DNA of 64,000 nt from Alphaproteobacteria bacterium. GTDB lineage: Bacteria; Pseudomonadota; Alphaproteobacteria; Bin95. The stretch's first letter is position 1. Every line of letters starts with the position of its first letter. The stretch covers positions 288,001 through 352,000 of the forward strand of contig OZ219786.1 in NCBI GenBank assembly GCA_964291285.2, given 5' to 3'. Made by a program: the position numbers and the translations under genes. Shown here one piece after another: positions 61,768 to 64,000 of this stretch. The notes below the pieces were generated by a model. That model saw only the letters and a list, made by a program, of their open reading frames with translations, did not search any database and had not been told where the DNA came from.

Positions 61768-62733
61768 GGTCTTCAGGATATTCCACAACGGAAAACAGGA
61801 CGGAATAGCCGGAATGAACCGACTCGAACTGGGTATGCTTGAACAAGTAGAGGTCCGAAGAGTTTGGCCGCACGAGGCTCAGGACTTCACACCCTGGTTG
61901 GCGGAAAACCTCGACAGCTTGTCCGCCGTATTGCATGTGGACCTTGAGCAGGAGGGCATCGAGGTACAGGTCGGGCCATATCGAGCGGATATCGTCGCCC
62001 GAATCGCGCAGGATGGCCCTCGCGTGCTCATCGAAAACCAGCTTGAAGAAGCAGACTTGCAGCACTTGGGGCAGGTACTCGCCTATCTAGCAGGCTTGGA
62101 CGCTGAGATTGTTGTTTGGGTTGCGGCTGGCTTCAACGAGGCGCATTTGTCCGCAATCCGCTGGCTGAACGAACACACAGCGGATCCGTTCGCTTTCTTT
62201 GCAGTTAAGCTGGAGGTCGTTCGCATCGGCGATTCAAAACCCGCACCGGTGTTCGATGTGCTCGAGCGCCCGAACCGTTGGCAACGCCAGGCGCAGGAGG
62301 TCAATCGAAGCGGCGAGCTCAGCGAACTCGGTAGGTTTCGACGGGATTTTTGGACGCACTTCGTTTCTCGGATACCCGATGCGCCGGGGCTTTGGCCTGG
62401 CTACGCGGCGAGTAGCGTGTGGCACCCAGTGGACGAAGCTGAGTTGACTATCGTTCAATTCCTAGCCAGCGATAGAGTCGGCATTTTCATGCGCGGCAAC
62501 CGAGGCGAATCGCGCGAGGACGCGAAAATCAAGATCGAGTCCTACTCCGCAGCTCTCGGCGAGGCACTGAATGGCGAATTCGACTCAGGCGTATTGACTC
62601 TCAGGGTGAATTCGAGAGACCGGCGTAATTGGGACAAGATGGTCGATTGGCTGGACGATCGGCGGCAAACCTATGCGAGAGTCCTGTCAGGGTAGGAGGT
62701 GGCAAGTGTGCCGGACCGGCTCGCGGCGTGAGG
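61747..62733 (+). repeat. Imperfect 23-bp direct repeat (dusA 3' end) flanking a one-gene islet
   Basis: cccgaccgcctggcggcgtgagg (61747-61769) vs ccggaccggctcgcggcgtgagg (62711-62733). The three mismatches are all at codon position 3 (PDRLAA*). Confidence 0.75.
61814..62695 (+). CDS. DUF4268-type protein with N-terminal PD-(D/E)xK-like nuclease domain
   Basis: VWPHEAQDFTPWL, ADI, VLIENQL...HLGQVLAY, WLNE, FW. Visibly more AT-rich than its neighbours. Confidence 0.75.
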   Translation: MNRLELGMLEQVEVRRVWPHEAQDFTPWLAENLDSLSAVLHVDLEQEGIEVQVGPYRADIVARIAQDGPRVLIENQLEEADLQHLGQVLAYLAGLDAEIVVWVAAGFNEAHLSAIRWLNEHTADPFAFFAVKLEVVRIGDSKPAPVFDVLERPNRWQRQAQEVNRSGELSELGRFRRDFWTHFVSRIPDAPGLWPGYAASSVWHPVDEAELTIVQFLASDRVGIFMRGNRGESREDAKIKIESYSAALGEALNGEFDSGVLTLRVNSRDRRNWDKMVDWLDDRRQTYARVLSG

Positions 62734-62741
62734 CCCGAGCG

Positions 62742-63536
62742 CTACCGCGCGGTCCAGCCGCCATCGATCACGAGTTCGGCGCCTGTCATGAACGAGCTGT
62801 CCGCCGAGGCGAGGAAGAGGACGCCCGCCGCGATGTCGGCCGGGCCGCCGAGGCGCTTGATCGGGTGCTGGTCCATGACGAACTGACGCGCGGCATTGTC
62901 GGACATGCCGGTGCTCATCCAGCGGTCCAGCACCTGCACCGCCATGTCGGTTTCGATCAGGCCCGGATGGACCGAGTTCACGCGGATGTTGTAGCCGAGT
63001 TGCGAGGCCTCGAGCGCGGCCGACTTGGTCAGCAGACGGACCGCGCCCTTGGACGCGCTGTAGATCCCCGAGAGCGGCGAGCCGACGAGGCCGGCGACGG
63101 AGGAGATATTGACGATGCTGGCGGCTTCGGCGCCCGCCGGTATGTTCTTCATCGAGCGGAAGGCGTGCTTTATGCCGAGAAAGACGCCCATGACATTCAC
63201 GTCCATCAGCCGGCGGTAGTCCTCGACGGACATCTCCTCAAGCTTCGCGTAGCTGTAGACGCCGGCATTGTTGACGAGGATGTTCAGCGCCCCGAACCGC
63301 CTCTCGGCTTCGGCGACCGCGCTTTCCCAGCCCGCTTCGTCGGTCACGTCCTGGGCGATGAAATGCGCGTCGCCGCCCGCGGCCCCGATTTCCTCCACCG
63401 TCCGGTGGCCGTTCTCCTCGATGAGGTCGGAGACGGCGACCTTCGCCCCCGCCTCCGCCAGCCGCCGCGCGATTCCGGCCCCGATGCCGCGTCCCGCGCC
63501 CGTTACCAGCGCGACCTTTCCGTCCACACGGTTCAT
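62742..63536 (-). CDS. Short-chain dehydrogenase/reductase
   Basis: TGAGRGIG, NNAG, YSASK, VNSVHPG. Confidence 0.93.
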   Translation of the reverse strand: MNRVDGKVALVTGAGRGIGAGIARRLAEAGAKVAVSDLIEENGHRTVEEIGAAGGDAHFIAQDVTDEAGWESAVAEAERRFGALNILVNNAGVYSYAKLEEMSVEDYRRLMDVNVMGVFLGIKHAFRSMKNIPAGAEAASIVNISSVAGLVGSPLSGIYSASKGAVRLLTKSAALEASQLGYNIRVNSVHPGLIETDMAVQVLDRWMSTGMSDNAARQFVMDQHPIKRLGGPADIAAGVLFLASADSSFMTGAELVIDGGWTAR

Positions 63537-63554
63537 TCGTCATTGCTCCTTCGG

Positions 63555-64000
63555 TCAGGACGGCAGCAGGCCCGCCAGTTCGTCGAGCCCCCGGATTTCC
63601 GCCACCGGCTGGAAGGGCAGCGTCTCGACCGGCGCGCCGGCGCGGTTGATCCACACGGCCCGGAAGCCGAAGGCCGCCGCCCCGGCTGCATCCCAGCCAT
63701 TCGCCGAAACGAAGCACACCTGGGCCGGCTGCGCGTCCAGCTCGTCCACCGCAAGCTGGTAAACGGACGGGTGCGGCTTGAAGACGCCGCAGGCATCCAC
63801 GGAAAGCACCCGGTCCAGAAGAGGCGTCAGCGTGTTGGCGTTGACCGCCGCCGTCAGCATGGTGGGCGTGCCGTTGGAGAGGACCGCCGTGCGCGTCCGC
63901 CGGCCCTTCAGCGCCTCCAGGCAGGGCCGGGCGTCCGGGAAGGCGTCGAGCGCGAGATAGAGCTGCATCAGTTCGGCCCGGAGCGCCGGGTCGTCCACCT
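63555..64000 (-). CDS. Haloacid dehalogenase type II (5'-partial)
   Basis: LSNG, FKPHPSVY, FVSANGWD; runs off the window end. Confidence 0.88.
   Translation of the reverse strand, partial: VDDPALRAELMQLYLALDAFPDARPCLEALKGRRTRTAVLSNGTPTMLTAAVNANTLTPLLDRVLSVDACGVFKPHPSVYQLAVDELDAQPAQVCFVSANGWDAAGAAAFGFRAVWINRAGAPVETLPFQPVAEIRGLDELAGLLPS

Overview
GC-rich bacterial DNA, most likely alphaproteobacterial (inferred from gene orders such as holC-pepA-lptF-lptG-surA-pdxA-rsmA, COQ9-rpsU and chorismate mutase-hisC-tyrA). Positions ~10300-64000 are mostly core or metabolic genes: a purine catabolism cluster (xdhAB, puuD, uraH, puuE/OHCU decarboxylase, allE, NCS2 permease), purB, purEK, pfkA, ndk, dusA and others. 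Four accessory features stand out. (1) Positions 1-~9400 look like the end of an integrated element that truncates an EmrB-type MFS gene. It carries a translationally coupled minus-strand operon: PilN-like secretin (split by an IS5/IS1031-group element with a TCC target duplication), PilO-like protein, a PilV-like secreted protein ending in an FrpC-type self-processing-module-like domain, a GNAT, a membrane desaturase and an unknown lipoprotein. (2) Two diverged copies of an unrecognised cassette (~43490-44436 on +; ~56076-58510 on -, interrupted by IS1634) share a sigma70-like promoter, a conserved GC-rich leader and five helically phased CATGACA repeats, but carry different ORFs. (3) A single-gene nuclease islet lies behind dusA, flanked by a synonymous duplicate of the dusA 3' end. 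(4) lptD is missing from its usual position. All product calls come from motif recognition only; no database search was run.
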